A stretch of DNA of 64,000 bases from Acidimicrobiales bacterium. Lineage in GTDB: Bacteria; Actinomycetota; Acidimicrobiia; Acidimicrobiales; AC-9. Under the pieces are notes generated by a model. That model made no database searches and had not been told where the DNA came from. It worked only from the letters and a program-made list of their open reading frames with translations. This document shows, in pieces, positions 6,971-15,433 of this stretch (position 1 is the stretch's first letter; each line of letters opens with the position of its first letter). The stretch is taken from NCBI GenBank assembly GCA_036270875.1, contig DATBBR010000074.1, positions 1,040-65,039 on the forward strand. Direction: 5' to 3'. The translations under genes and the position numbers were made by a program.

Positions 6971-8749
6971 GTGTCGGTCGGGGTCGACACCGGGGGCACC
7001 TTCACCGACGTGGTCAGCGACGACGGGCGCGTGCTCAAGGCTCCATCGACACCGCAGGACCCGTCGCTGGCTGTTGCCGACGCGCTCCGGCGCGTGGGCC
7101 GGCCCGACCTGCTCGCTCACGGCACGACGGTGGCGACCAACGCCCTGCTGGAGCGGCGCGGCGCCCGAGTCGCCCTCGTGACCACCCTGGGCTTCGCCGA
7201 CGTGATCGAGATCGCCCGCCAGGATCGGCCCGCGCTCTACGACCAGTGGATCGACCGGCCCGAACCCCTCGTTCCCCGGGAGCTGCGACTCGAGGTGGCA
7301 GGGCGGCTGGACGCCACCGGCGCACAGCTCGAACCCCTCGCTCGGGAGCTGCCGAGAGTACCGAGAGGGGTCGAGGCGCTCGCCGTCTGCCTGCTGCACT
7401 CGGACCTCGACGAGTCCCACGAACGCGAGCTGACCGAGCGTCTGGCCCCGCTGGGGTTGCCCGTGTGGCGCTCGAGTCAGGTGTCGCCGGAGTTCCGGGA
7501 GTACGAGCGGACGGTGACCACAGTGGTGAGCGCCCACCTCGGTCCCACTTGCGGCGACTACCTGGCCCGGTTGGCGACCATGGCCGACAGCGTTCTGGTG
7601 ATGACATCGGCGGGAGGCCTCGTGCCGGTCGACCAGGCGGCGGCGAAGCCGGCGACGCTGCTGCTGTCGGGACCGGCCGGCGGGGTCCAGGCGGGGGCGG
7701 CAGCTGCCGCGGCCGCCGGCTACCCCGACGTGATCACCTTCGACATGGGGGGCACCAGCACCGACGTCTGCCTCGTACGTGACGGCGTCCCGGAGCCGGC
7801 CGGGCAGCGGACCATCGCCGGTCTGCCGCTGCGGCTACCCGCTCTCGACATCCACAGCATCGGCGCCGGCGGCGGGTCGATGGCGCGCATCGACCCCGGC
7901 GGCGCCCTCGTCGTGGGCCCGCAGTCGGCGGGAGCAGACCCCGGACCCGCCTGCTACGGACGCCAGGACACGGCGGCGACGGTGACCGATGCCGACCTGG
8001 TAGAGGGGCGCATCGCCGCGGGCACAGCCTTCCCTGGGATTGGCCCCCTTGACGATCGCGCCGCCCGGCGGGCGCTCGATCATGGCGGCATGCACGCCAA
8101 GGGCGTGATCGAGGTGGTGGACGCGACCATGGAACAGGCGCTGCGGGTCGTGTCGGTCCAACGCGGCGTCGATCCGCGATCGCTGGCCCTCGTCGCCTTC
8201 GGCGGTGCGGGCCCCCTCCACGCCTGTGCCCTCGCGGAAGCCCTCGATATGGCCGCGGTCGTGGTGCCGCCCCGCGCCGGGGTGCTCTCGGCCGTCGGCC
8301 TGCTGTGCTCTCCGCGCCAAGCCGACCTTGTCCGGTCGTGGCCGACGCCGGGGTCGGTCGACGGCCTGTCGCAGGCTCTCGCCGAGCTCGCTGGCCGCGC
8401 CGCCGAGCAGATGGCAGCCGAGGATCGCGAGGTCGTCGTCGAGACGGCGGTGGACTGCCGCTACGCCGGCCAGAGCCACGAGCTCACCGTGCCGTCGCCC
8501 GAAGCGTTCCCGGCGGAGCACCTGCGCCGGAACGGGTTCTCCAGACCCGGCGCGCCGGTGGAGGTCGTCGCCCTGCGGGCCCGGGCGACGGCGCCCGCTC
8601 CCCTCACGGCGGAAGACCTCGGCCCCCCGCCCGCCCGTCAGCCAGCCAGCGGACCGTGCGTGGTCTCCGAACCCGACTGCACGCTGTGGATCCCCGACGG
8701 CTGGCGGGCGGAGGTCGCTCCCGACGGCGCCTGGGTGCTCAAGAGATGA
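6971..8749 (+). CDS. Hydantoinase A / 5-oxoprolinase family subunit
   Basis: GVDTGGTFTD, HGTTVATNALLERRG, LLSGPAGGV, FDMGGTSTDV, IGAGGGS, GPQSAGADPGPACYG, AFGGAGPLHA. Confidence 0.92.
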   Translation: MSVGVDTGGTFTDVVSDDGRVLKAPSTPQDPSLAVADALRRVGRPDLLAHGTTVATNALLERRGARVALVTTLGFADVIEIARQDRPALYDQWIDRPEPLVPRELRLEVAGRLDATGAQLEPLARELPRVPRGVEALAVCLLHSDLDESHERELTERLAPLGLPVWRSSQVSPEFREYERTVTTVVSAHLGPTCGDYLARLATMADSVLVMTSAGGLVPVDQAAAKPATLLLSGPAGGVQAGAAAAAAAGYPDVITFDMGGTSTDVCLVRDGVPEPAGQRTIAGLPLRLPALDIHSIGAGGGSMARIDPGGALVVGPQSAGADPGPACYGRQDTAATVTDADLVEGRIAAGTAFPGIGPLDDRAARRALDHGGMHAKGVIEVVDATMEQALRVVSVQRGVDPRSLALVAFGGAGPLHACALAEALDMAAVVVPPRAGVLSAVGLLCSPRQADLVRSWPTPGSVDGLSQALAELAGRAAEQMAAEDREVVVETAVDCRYAGQSHELTVPSPEAFPAEHLRRNGFSRPGAPVEVVALRARATAPAPLTAEDLGPPPARQPASGPCVVSEPDCTLWIPDGWRAEVAPDGAWVLKR

Positions 8750-10269
8750 CCCTCGACCCTGCCTCGCTGCAGGTGCTCGTCTCCCGGCTCACGGGTGTGG
8801 CCGAGGAGATGGGCGCCGTGCTCCGGCGCTCGGCGTTCAGCCCCAACATCAAGGAGCGGGCTGACTGCTCGGCCGCCCTGTTCACCTCCGGGGGCGAGCT
8901 GCTGGTGCAGGCCGAGCACATCCCCGTGCACCTCGGCTCGATGCCGGCGTCGGTCCGGGCCGTCATCGACGGGGCCGGCGAGCTCGATGGGCCGCTGCGG
9001 CCCGGCGACCGGCTCGTGCTCAACGACCCGTTCGCCGGCGGCACCCACCTCAACGACCTGACCCTCGTCTCCCCGTGCTTCGTCGGCGATGTCCTGTCGG
9101 GTTGGATCGCCAACCGCGCCCACCACTCCGACGTCGGAGGGATGGCGGCCGGCTCGATACCGCCCGACGCCACCGAGATCTATCAGGAAGGCTTGCGCAT
9201 CCCGCCGCTGCGTCTCGTGCCCGAGATCGAAGCCCTCCTTGTGGCCAACTCGCGCACCCCCGAGGAACGGAGGGGCGACCTTGACGCCCAGATCGGCGCC
9301 AACAGCGTCGGGGTCGAGCGGATGGCCGAGATCCTCGCCGCCGGCGCGCCGGTGGACGAGGTGGTCGTCTACGGCGAGCGGCGCATGCGGGCGGCCCTCG
9401 CCGCGCTGCCCGACGGGTCCTGGTCGTTCACCGACGTCCTCGACTCGGCTGGGGGGGCGGAGATCAGCGTCCGGCTCACCGTCGCGGGCGACGAAGCGGT
9501 GTTCGACTTCACGGGTTCGTCGCCTCAGCAGCGGGGGAACGTCAACGCCGTCGAGGCCGTCACGGTGAGTGCCGTCGCCTTCGCCGTGCGGGCGGCAACG
9601 GATCCGACCATCCCCGCCAACGGCGGTGCGCTCCGGCCGGTGCGGGTCGTGGCCCCGCCCGGCACGATCGTGGCCGCCCGACCCCCGGCCGCGGTGGGCG
9701 CCGGCAACGTCGAGGTCAGCCAGCGGGTCGCCGACGTGTGCCTGCGGGTCCTCGCCGAGGCCGCCCCCGATCGGGTGGGAGCCGCCGGCCAGGGGACCAT
9801 GAACAACGTCATGATCGGCGGCCGCGGCTGGGTGTATTACGAGACGATCGGGGGTGGACAGGGCGCGCGCCCGAGCCGGGCCGGCATGAGCGGGGTCCAT
9901 ACGGCCATGACGAACACCCGCAACACGCCGGTGGAGGCCCTCGAGCGGTCCTTCGGCCTCCGGGTGCGCCGGTACCGGCTGCGCCGGGGCAGCGGCGGAC
10001 GGGGCCGCTGGCCCGGCGGGGAGGGCATCGAGCGCGATCTGGAGGCGCTGGAGCCGGTCACGGTCTCTCTGGTGACCGAGCGTCGGGTCAGTCAGCCGTG
10101 GGGATTGGCGGGAGGAGAGCCCGGTGGGCGAGGCGAGAACTGGCTGCTGCCGGCAGGAGAGGAGGGTCGGGCCCGACTGCTCCCCCCCAAGGTGACCCTC
10201 GAGCTGAGCCCGGGCGACGTTCTCCGCATGCGGACCCCGGGTGGTGGGGGCTACGGGCCTCCGACGTAG
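8746..10269 (+). CDS. Hydantoinase B / 5-oxoprolinase family subunit
   Basis: AEEMGAVLRRSAFSPNIKERADCSAALF, HIPVHLGSM, NDPFAGGTHLND, YYETIGGGQGA, TPGGGGYG; ATGA overlap with subunit A. Confidence 0.92.
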   Translation: MTLDPASLQVLVSRLTGVAEEMGAVLRRSAFSPNIKERADCSAALFTSGGELLVQAEHIPVHLGSMPASVRAVIDGAGELDGPLRPGDRLVLNDPFAGGTHLNDLTLVSPCFVGDVLSGWIANRAHHSDVGGMAAGSIPPDATEIYQEGLRIPPLRLVPEIEALLVANSRTPEERRGDLDAQIGANSVGVERMAEILAAGAPVDEVVVYGERRMRAALAALPDGSWSFTDVLDSAGGAEISVRLTVAGDEAVFDFTGSSPQQRGNVNAVEAVTVSAVAFAVRAATDPTIPANGGALRPVRVVAPPGTIVAARPPAAVGAGNVEVSQRVADVCLRVLAEAAPDRVGAAGQGTMNNVMIGGRGWVYYETIGGGQGARPSRAGMSGVHTAMTNTRNTPVEALERSFGLRVRRYRLRRGSGGRGRWPGGEGIERDLEALEPVTVSLVTERRVSQPWGLAGGEPGGRGENWLLPAGEEGRARLLPPKVTLELSPGDVLRMRTPGGGGYGPPT

Positions 10270-10280
10270 AGTTCCTGACC

Positions 10281-11048
10281 ATGCGCATCGACGGGAGCTC
10301 GGCACTGGTCAGCGGAGGGGCGTCCGGACTCGGTGAGGCGACGGCGCGCGTGCTCGTCGGCAACGGAGCGGCGTGCACGATTGTCGACCGCAACGCCGAG
10401 CGAGGCGAGGCCCTGGCCAAGGAGCTTGGCGGCGCTACCTCGTTCGTGGCTGCCGACGTCACCGACCCGGCGCAGGTCGGAGCCGCCGTCGACCACGCTG
10501 CCCAGTCAGGCCCCCTGCGCATCGCCGTCAACTGCGCCGGCGTCGGCAGTGCGTCGCGACTGGTCGACCGCAGCGGCGCGCCCCACGACCTCGACGCCTT
10601 TCGTTTCGTCGTGAGCGTCAACCTGATCGGTACGTTCAACGTGATGCGCCTCGCCGCCGCGGCGATGGTCAAGACCGACGCCCTCGATGATGACGAGCGA
10701 GGTGTGATCGTGAACACCGCGTCGATCGCCGCCTTCGAAGGCCAGATCGGCCAGATCGCCTACTCGGCCTCCAAGGGAGGGATCGTGGGCATGACCGTTC
10801 CCGCGGCTCGCGATCTGTCGCCATCGGGGATCCGGGTGCTCACGATCGCGCCGGGCGTCATGGACACGCCCCTGCTCGGCCTGCTCCCCGACGAAGGGCG
10901 CCAGGCCCTGGCCGCCGGTGTGCCCTTCCCCAAGCGGCTAGGTACGCCCGACGACTTCGCCGCCCTCGTCGTCCATCTCTGCCAGAACCGGTACCTGAAC
11001 GCCGAGGTCATCCGCCTCGACGGCGGCCTGAGGATGCAGCCCAGATAG
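10281..11048 (+). CDS. SDR, type II 3-hydroxyacyl-CoA dehydrogenase-like (HSD17B10 family)
   Basis: SGGASGLG, VNCAG, RGVIVNTASIAAFEGQIGQIAYSASKGGIVGMT, PFPKRLG, IRLDGGLRMQP. Confidence 0.9.
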   Translation: MRIDGSSALVSGGASGLGEATARVLVGNGAACTIVDRNAERGEALAKELGGATSFVAADVTDPAQVGAAVDHAAQSGPLRIAVNCAGVGSASRLVDRSGAPHDLDAFRFVVSVNLIGTFNVMRLAAAAMVKTDALDDDERGVIVNTASIAAFEGQIGQIAYSASKGGIVGMTVPAARDLSPSGIRVLTIAPGVMDTPLLGLLPDEGRQALAAGVPFPKRLGTPDDFAALVVHLCQNRYLNAEVIRLDGGLRMQPR

Positions 11049-11065
11049 CGCAATAAGCTGAGCCG

Positions 11066-12034
11066 ATGCGCTACTTGGAGGTTGGTGGGGTTCGGGTGTC
11101 GGCGGTCGGGCTGGGCACCTGGCAGTTCGGATCGAGGGAGTGGGGTTACGGCTCGGCCTATGCGGAGCACGACGCCTTCGACATCGTCAGTCGCGCCCTC
11201 GACCTGGGGATCAACCTCATCGACACGGCCGAGAGCTACGCCTTCGGTCGATCGGAGCGCATCGTCGGGCGGGCGATCACCGGCCGCCGGGATGAGGTCT
11301 TCCTCGCCACCAAGATCCTTCCCGTGATGCCCATCCCCCCCGTCGTCGAGCAGCGGGCGAGGGGCAGCGTCCGTCGGTTGAACGTCGACTACCTGGACCT
11401 GTACCAGCTCCATTGGCCCAACCCCGTCGTCCCCATCGGCCCGACGATGTCGGGTATGCGCCAGCTCCGGCGCTCGGGCCTCGTGCGCCACGTGGGCGTG
11501 AGCAACTTCTCCCTCGGCGGCTGGCGAGAGGCCGAGGCCGCCCTCGGCGCACCGGTGCTGAGCAACCAGGTCAAATACAGCCTGGTGGCGCGACGCCCGG
11601 AGAAGGAATTGTTGGGGTGGGCGCAGGGGAACGACCGTCTCGTCATTGCCTACAGCCCGCTCGGTCAGGGGTTCCTCTCCGGTCGTTACAGCAGCGAGAA
11701 CCGCCCCGGTGGGATGCGCGCGTTCTCCAGCCTGTTCCTCCCCGAGAACCTGGAGCGGGGAGCCCCGCTGCTCGCGGCCCTGCGGGACATCGCCAAGGTG
11801 CACGACGCCACGGCCTCTCAGGTGGCGCTGGCGTGGGTCCTCCGGCGCCCGAACGTCGTAGCCATCCCCGGCGCGAGCAGTGTCGCCCAGCTCGAGTCCA
11901 ATGCCGCCGCCGCCGACCTGGAGCTCACCGACGAGGAGGACGCCCGCCTGACCGGCGCGTCGGACGCCTTCGATCCCGTCTCCGGTCCGGCTGCCCTTCC
12001 CGGCATCGTGCAGACTCTCATCCGCCGGCCCTAA
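11066..12034 (+). CDS. Aldo/keto reductase
   Basis: GLGTWQFG, IDTAESY, FLATK, DLYQLHWP, VGVSNF, IAYSPLGQGFL, IPGASS; TAAGCT at 11054-11059 suggests a leaderless start. Confidence 0.92.
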   Translation: MRYLEVGGVRVSAVGLGTWQFGSREWGYGSAYAEHDAFDIVSRALDLGINLIDTAESYAFGRSERIVGRAITGRRDEVFLATKILPVMPIPPVVEQRARGSVRRLNVDYLDLYQLHWPNPVVPIGPTMSGMRQLRRSGLVRHVGVSNFSLGGWREAEAALGAPVLSNQVKYSLVARRPEKELLGWAQGNDRLVIAYSPLGQGFLSGRYSSENRPGGMRAFSSLFLPENLERGAPLLAALRDIAKVHDATASQVALAWVLRRPNVVAIPGASSVAQLESNAAAADLELTDEEDARLTGASDAFDPVSGPAALPGIVQTLIRRP

Positions 12035-12343
12035 CCGGGGCGCTCGCCCGTACCGGTTGAGGATTCGCCACCGCGTCGTCTTCGGGAGTTGACGGGCCGT
12101 GTAGGTCCCATGGCACACCCGCACAACCCGGCCTCGCCCCCGCTCGTACGCGAGCGCGTCGGCGAGGGCTTGGCGTGGGGAGCGAGCCGTGATGCGGCGA
12201 CCTCGGGCCTCGATGCCCGCCATGATCTGTCCAACCGTCAGCGGGCCGGCGGCGAGGATCAGGATCGCGAGGGCGGCATGACGGAGGCAGCGGCCCCACA
12301 GGTCGGCCGACTCAGGCTTGCCATCAGACCGTCTGGTGATCAC
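12031..12343 (-). other. Small basic, possibly winged-helix ORF with no in-frame stop at the expected end (possible pseudogene)
   Basis: LRHAALAILILAAGPLTVGQIMAGIEARG...ALADALAYERGRGRVVRVCHGTY looks like a winged helix-turn-helix; the frame runs antisense through the aldo/keto reductase to 10760; a TAG at 12031-12033 is one base out of frame. Confidence 0.4.
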
Positions 12344-12404
12344 GAAGCGGACGCTAGCGAGGGGGTGTATCGCCGGGGCGCCCGCCAACGGTCGACGGGG
12401 CCGC

Positions 12405-12542
12405 GGTCCACCTCTTGTCGAAATGTGGCCGGGCGAGCCCGAGCGCTGCGCCCACTCGGGTGCATTGCTCCGGTTCCACCTCTTGTCGAAAGTGGGCAAC
12501 CAGTGAGGTGACGCTGCGCCCATTTCGCCAAAAGGTGGAACC
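12405..12542. repeat. Three copies of a ~25-bp imperfect palindromic repeat (two direct, one inverted)
   Basis: ccacctcttgtcgaaa identical at 12408-12423 and 12476-12491; the reverse complement of 12519-12542 reads ggttccaccttttggcgaaatggg. Confidence 0.8.
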
Positions 12543-12639
12543 GAGTAGTTGTCCCCGATGCCGTGGTACGGGTCCGGCGGCGGAGCGGCGGTCCTGCCAG
12601 AGTGGGGAGAGTTACTAGGCTGAAGGCAGTCGAGAGGAG

Positions 12640-14040
12640 GTGGTCAGCACGGCCCGCGAGTTCGATGTCGTGGTCATCGGCGGGGGGCCCGGAGGTTATG
12701 CCGCCGCCCTCTACGGCGCCGCCGCCGGGCTGTCGGTGGCAGTGGTCGAGAAGGACAAAGTAGGGGGGACCTGCCTGCACCGGGGGTGCATCCCGGCCAA
12801 GGAGTTCCTGGAGACGGCGACCGTGTTCCGGACGGTGGCAGGGGCCAAGGAGTTCGGCATCCAGGCCAGCCAGCCGAGCGTCGACTTCGGTACCAGCCAG
12901 GCGCGGAAGCAGAAGGTCGTGGACCAGCTGTGGAAGGGTCTCGCTGGCCTCATGAAGCACCGCAAGATCACGACCGTGATCGGCGCGGGCTCGCTGGCCG
13001 CTGATCACCTGGTACGCGTCGACGACGGGTCCGAGCTCGTGGGCCGCCACGTCGTGTTGGCCGCGGGGTCGGTACCGAGGACGATCCCGGGCTTCGAGAT
13101 CGACGGGCAGCTGGTGATGAGCTCCGACGAGGTCCTCGAGCTGGAGCGCCTGCCGGCGTCCGCTGTGGTCATCGGGGGCGGGGCGATCGGCTGCGAGTTC
13201 GCCTCGATGATGGCCGATCTCGGGACCCAGGTGACGGTGCTGGAGGTCCTGCCGTCGCTCATCCCCGGTTGCGACGCGGAAGTCTCCGGCGCCGTGGCCC
13301 GGTCGTTCAAGAAGCGCGGCATCGAGGTCCAGACGGGGGTAGAGGTCCACGGCCATCAGCCCAATGGGAAAGGAACGACCGTGTCCTTCGGCGACGGCGG
13401 GCAGGTGAGCGTGGACGCGGTGGTCGTGTCCGTGGGGCGGCGGCCCGACAGCCACGGTTTGGCGAACCCGGACGCCGGCGTCGAGCTGGACGAGCGTGGT
13501 TTCGTGCGAGTCGACGACCACATGCGCACCACCGCCGACGGCGTCTATGCGGTGGGGGACGTCGTTCCGACGGCGCAGCTGGCCCATGTCGGCTTCGCCG
13601 AGGCCATCGTGGCCATCAAGGACATGCTCGGCGAGCCCGTTGTGCCGGTCGACTACGCCACCGTCCCGTGGTGCATCTACACCCACCCCGAGGTGGCGTT
13701 CGCCGGCCTGTCCGAGGCGGCGGCACGGGACGCCGGTTACGACGTGGTCGTGAAGAAGGACCCGTACGGCGGCAACAGCCGGGCCAAGATCGTGGGCGAG
13801 ACGGAGGGCTTGGTCAAGGTGATCGCCGAGCGGGGTACCGATGGTCGTGCCGGACGGCTCCTGGGGGTTCACATGGTCGGGCCCTGGGTCACCGAGCAGC
13901 TCGGTCAGGGGTATCTGGCCGTGAACTGGGAGGCGACGGCGGAAGATGCGGCGCACTTCATCCAGCCCCACCCGACGCTGTCCGAGGCGTTCGGCGAGAC
14001 CGTGCTGGCCATGACGGGGAGGGGACTGCACGTTGGCTGA
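12640..14040 (+). CDS. lpdA: Dihydrolipoyl dehydrogenase (E3)
   Basis: GGGPGGY, GGTCLHRGCIPAK redox disulfide, GGGAIGCE, YAVGD, C-terminal HPTLSE. Confidence 0.95.
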   Translation: MVSTAREFDVVVIGGGPGGYAAALYGAAAGLSVAVVEKDKVGGTCLHRGCIPAKEFLETATVFRTVAGAKEFGIQASQPSVDFGTSQARKQKVVDQLWKGLAGLMKHRKITTVIGAGSLAADHLVRVDDGSELVGRHVVLAAGSVPRTIPGFEIDGQLVMSSDEVLELERLPASAVVIGGGAIGCEFASMMADLGTQVTVLEVLPSLIPGCDAEVSGAVARSFKKRGIEVQTGVEVHGHQPNGKGTTVSFGDGGQVSVDAVVVSVGRRPDSHGLANPDAGVELDERGFVRVDDHMRTTADGVYAVGDVVPTAQLAHVGFAEAIVAIKDMLGEPVVPVDYATVPWCIYTHPEVAFAGLSEAAARDAGYDVVVKKDPYGGNSRAKIVGETEGLVKVIAERGTDGRAGRLLGVHMVGPWVTEQLGQGYLAVNWEATAEDAAHFIQPHPTLSEAFGETVLAMTGRGLHVG

Positions 14041-15424
14041 CGTCACCATGCCCCAGCTCGGTGAGACGGTGACCGAGGGGACCATCACGAAATGGCTCAA
14101 GCAGGTTGGGGACCAGATCGGCCAGGACGAGGTGCTCTTCGAGGTCTCGACGGACAAGGTCGACTCCGAGGTTCCTTCGCCGTCGGCGGGCTACTTGGCC
14201 GAGATCCTGGTCCCCGAGGGCGACACGGTGGACGTTGGGGCGCGGCTGGCCGTGATCACCCCCGAGCCGCCATCGGGGGCGGATGGCAGCGACGGCGCCG
14301 CCGCGGCACCCGAGCCGGCCCAGGCCCCGTCGCCGCCGCCCGAGCCTGCGCCATCGGCACCCGAACCCGAACCCGAGCCCGAGCCACCGCCACCCCCACC
14401 CGAGCCCGCGCCGGCACAGACACCGGCACCGGCCAGGGCGACCGAGCAAGCCCCCACGGACGGCCAACGCGGCGGGGGACAGGTGCTCTCCCCAGTCGTC
14501 CGCCGTCTCCTCGCCGAGCACGACCTCGATCCGTCCGAGATCCGCGGCACCGGGGCCGGTAACCGGATCACCCGGGCCGACGTGCTGGCGGTCATCGACG
14601 ATCGCAGCGGGGCGGGTGGCGCATCGGCCCGGCAGGCGCCGGCCCGGACTGCCCCGCCGGCTCCAGCGGCGCCTCCGACCCGGCCGCCGGTGGTCGCTGC
14701 GCCGGCAGGCGAGCGGGACGAGGTCATCCCGTTTTCCAACATCCGGCGGCGGACGGCCGAGCACATGGTCCGGTCGAAGGCCACCTCGGCCCACACGCTG
14801 GTGGCGATAGAGGCGGACTTCGAAGCGGTGGATCGGGTGCGACGGGCCGAGCGCGAGCGGTTCAGGGCCGACGAGGGCTTCTCGCTCACGTACCTGCCCT
14901 TTGTCGTCCGGGCGACGATCGAAGCCCTGCGGGCCTTCCCCCACCTGAACGCGTCGGTGGGCGACGACGCCCTCGTCGTCCACCACGACATTCATCTGGG
15001 AATCGCCGTGGACCTCGACGCCGAGGGCCTCATCGTGCCTGTCATCCACTCTGCCGACGGCAAGCGGCTCCCGGCCCTGGCGAGAGAGGCGGCCGACCTC
15101 GCCAGCCGGGCGCGGGAGCGCAAGCTCAGCGCCGACGACATCACTGGGGGCACGTTCACCATCACCAACCCGGGCCCGTTCGGGACGCTGATCACGATCC
15201 CGATCATCAACCAGCCTCAGGTCGGCATCCTGTCGACCGACGGAGTCAAACGGCGTCCAGTGGTGGTGACCCTCCCCGACGGCAGCGAGGGCATTGCCAT
15301 CCACTCGGTGGGTGTGCTGGCCCTGTCGTTCGACCATCGGGCGGTCGACGGTGCCTATGCGTCCCGGTTCCTGGCCAAGCTCCGTGAGGTCGTCGAGACC
15401 CGGGACTGGGCCCAGGAGCTCTAG
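14033..15424 (+). CDS. dlaT: 2-oxoacid dehydrogenase E2 dihydrolipoamide acyltransferase (DlaT/SucB-like), one lipoyl domain
   Basis: MPQLGETVTEGT...STDKVDSE lipoyl domain, SPVVRRL...GTG...RIT peripheral-subunit-binding domain, catalytic SFDHRAVDG. Confidence 0.88.
   Translation: MADVTMPQLGETVTEGTITKWLKQVGDQIGQDEVLFEVSTDKVDSEVPSPSAGYLAEILVPEGDTVDVGARLAVITPEPPSGADGSDGAAAAPEPAQAPSPPPEPAPSAPEPEPEPEPPPPPPEPAPAQTPAPARATEQAPTDGQRGGGQVLSPVVRRLLAEHDLDPSEIRGTGAGNRITRADVLAVIDDRSGAGGASARQAPARTAPPAPAAPPTRPPVVAAPAGERDEVIPFSNIRRRTAEHMVRSKATSAHTLVAIEADFEAVDRVRRAERERFRADEGFSLTYLPFVVRATIEALRAFPHLNASVGDDALVVHHDIHLGIAVDLDAEGLIVPVIHSADGKRLPALAREAADLASRARERKLSADDITGGTFTITNPGPFGTLITIPIINQPQVGILSTDGVKRRPVVVTLPDGSEGIAIHSVGVLALSFDHRAVDGAYASRFLAKLREVVETRDWAQEL
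14310..14440 (+). repeat. Low-complexity Pro/Glu/Ala linker coding region (cccgaa/cccgag repeats)
   Basis: Encodes PEPAQAPSPPPEPAPSAPEPEPEPEPPPPPPEPAPA between the lipoyl and binding domains. Confidence 0.7.
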
Positions 15425-15433
15425 GCGCGGGAG

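Noticed and set aside
12405-12542. CRISPR array
   Set aside because: Only three copies, one inverted, irregular spacing, and no cas genes in the window
14310-14440. Pro-Glu repeats as a contingency locus or novel domain
   Set aside because: It is the ordinary flexible linker expected in E2 subunits
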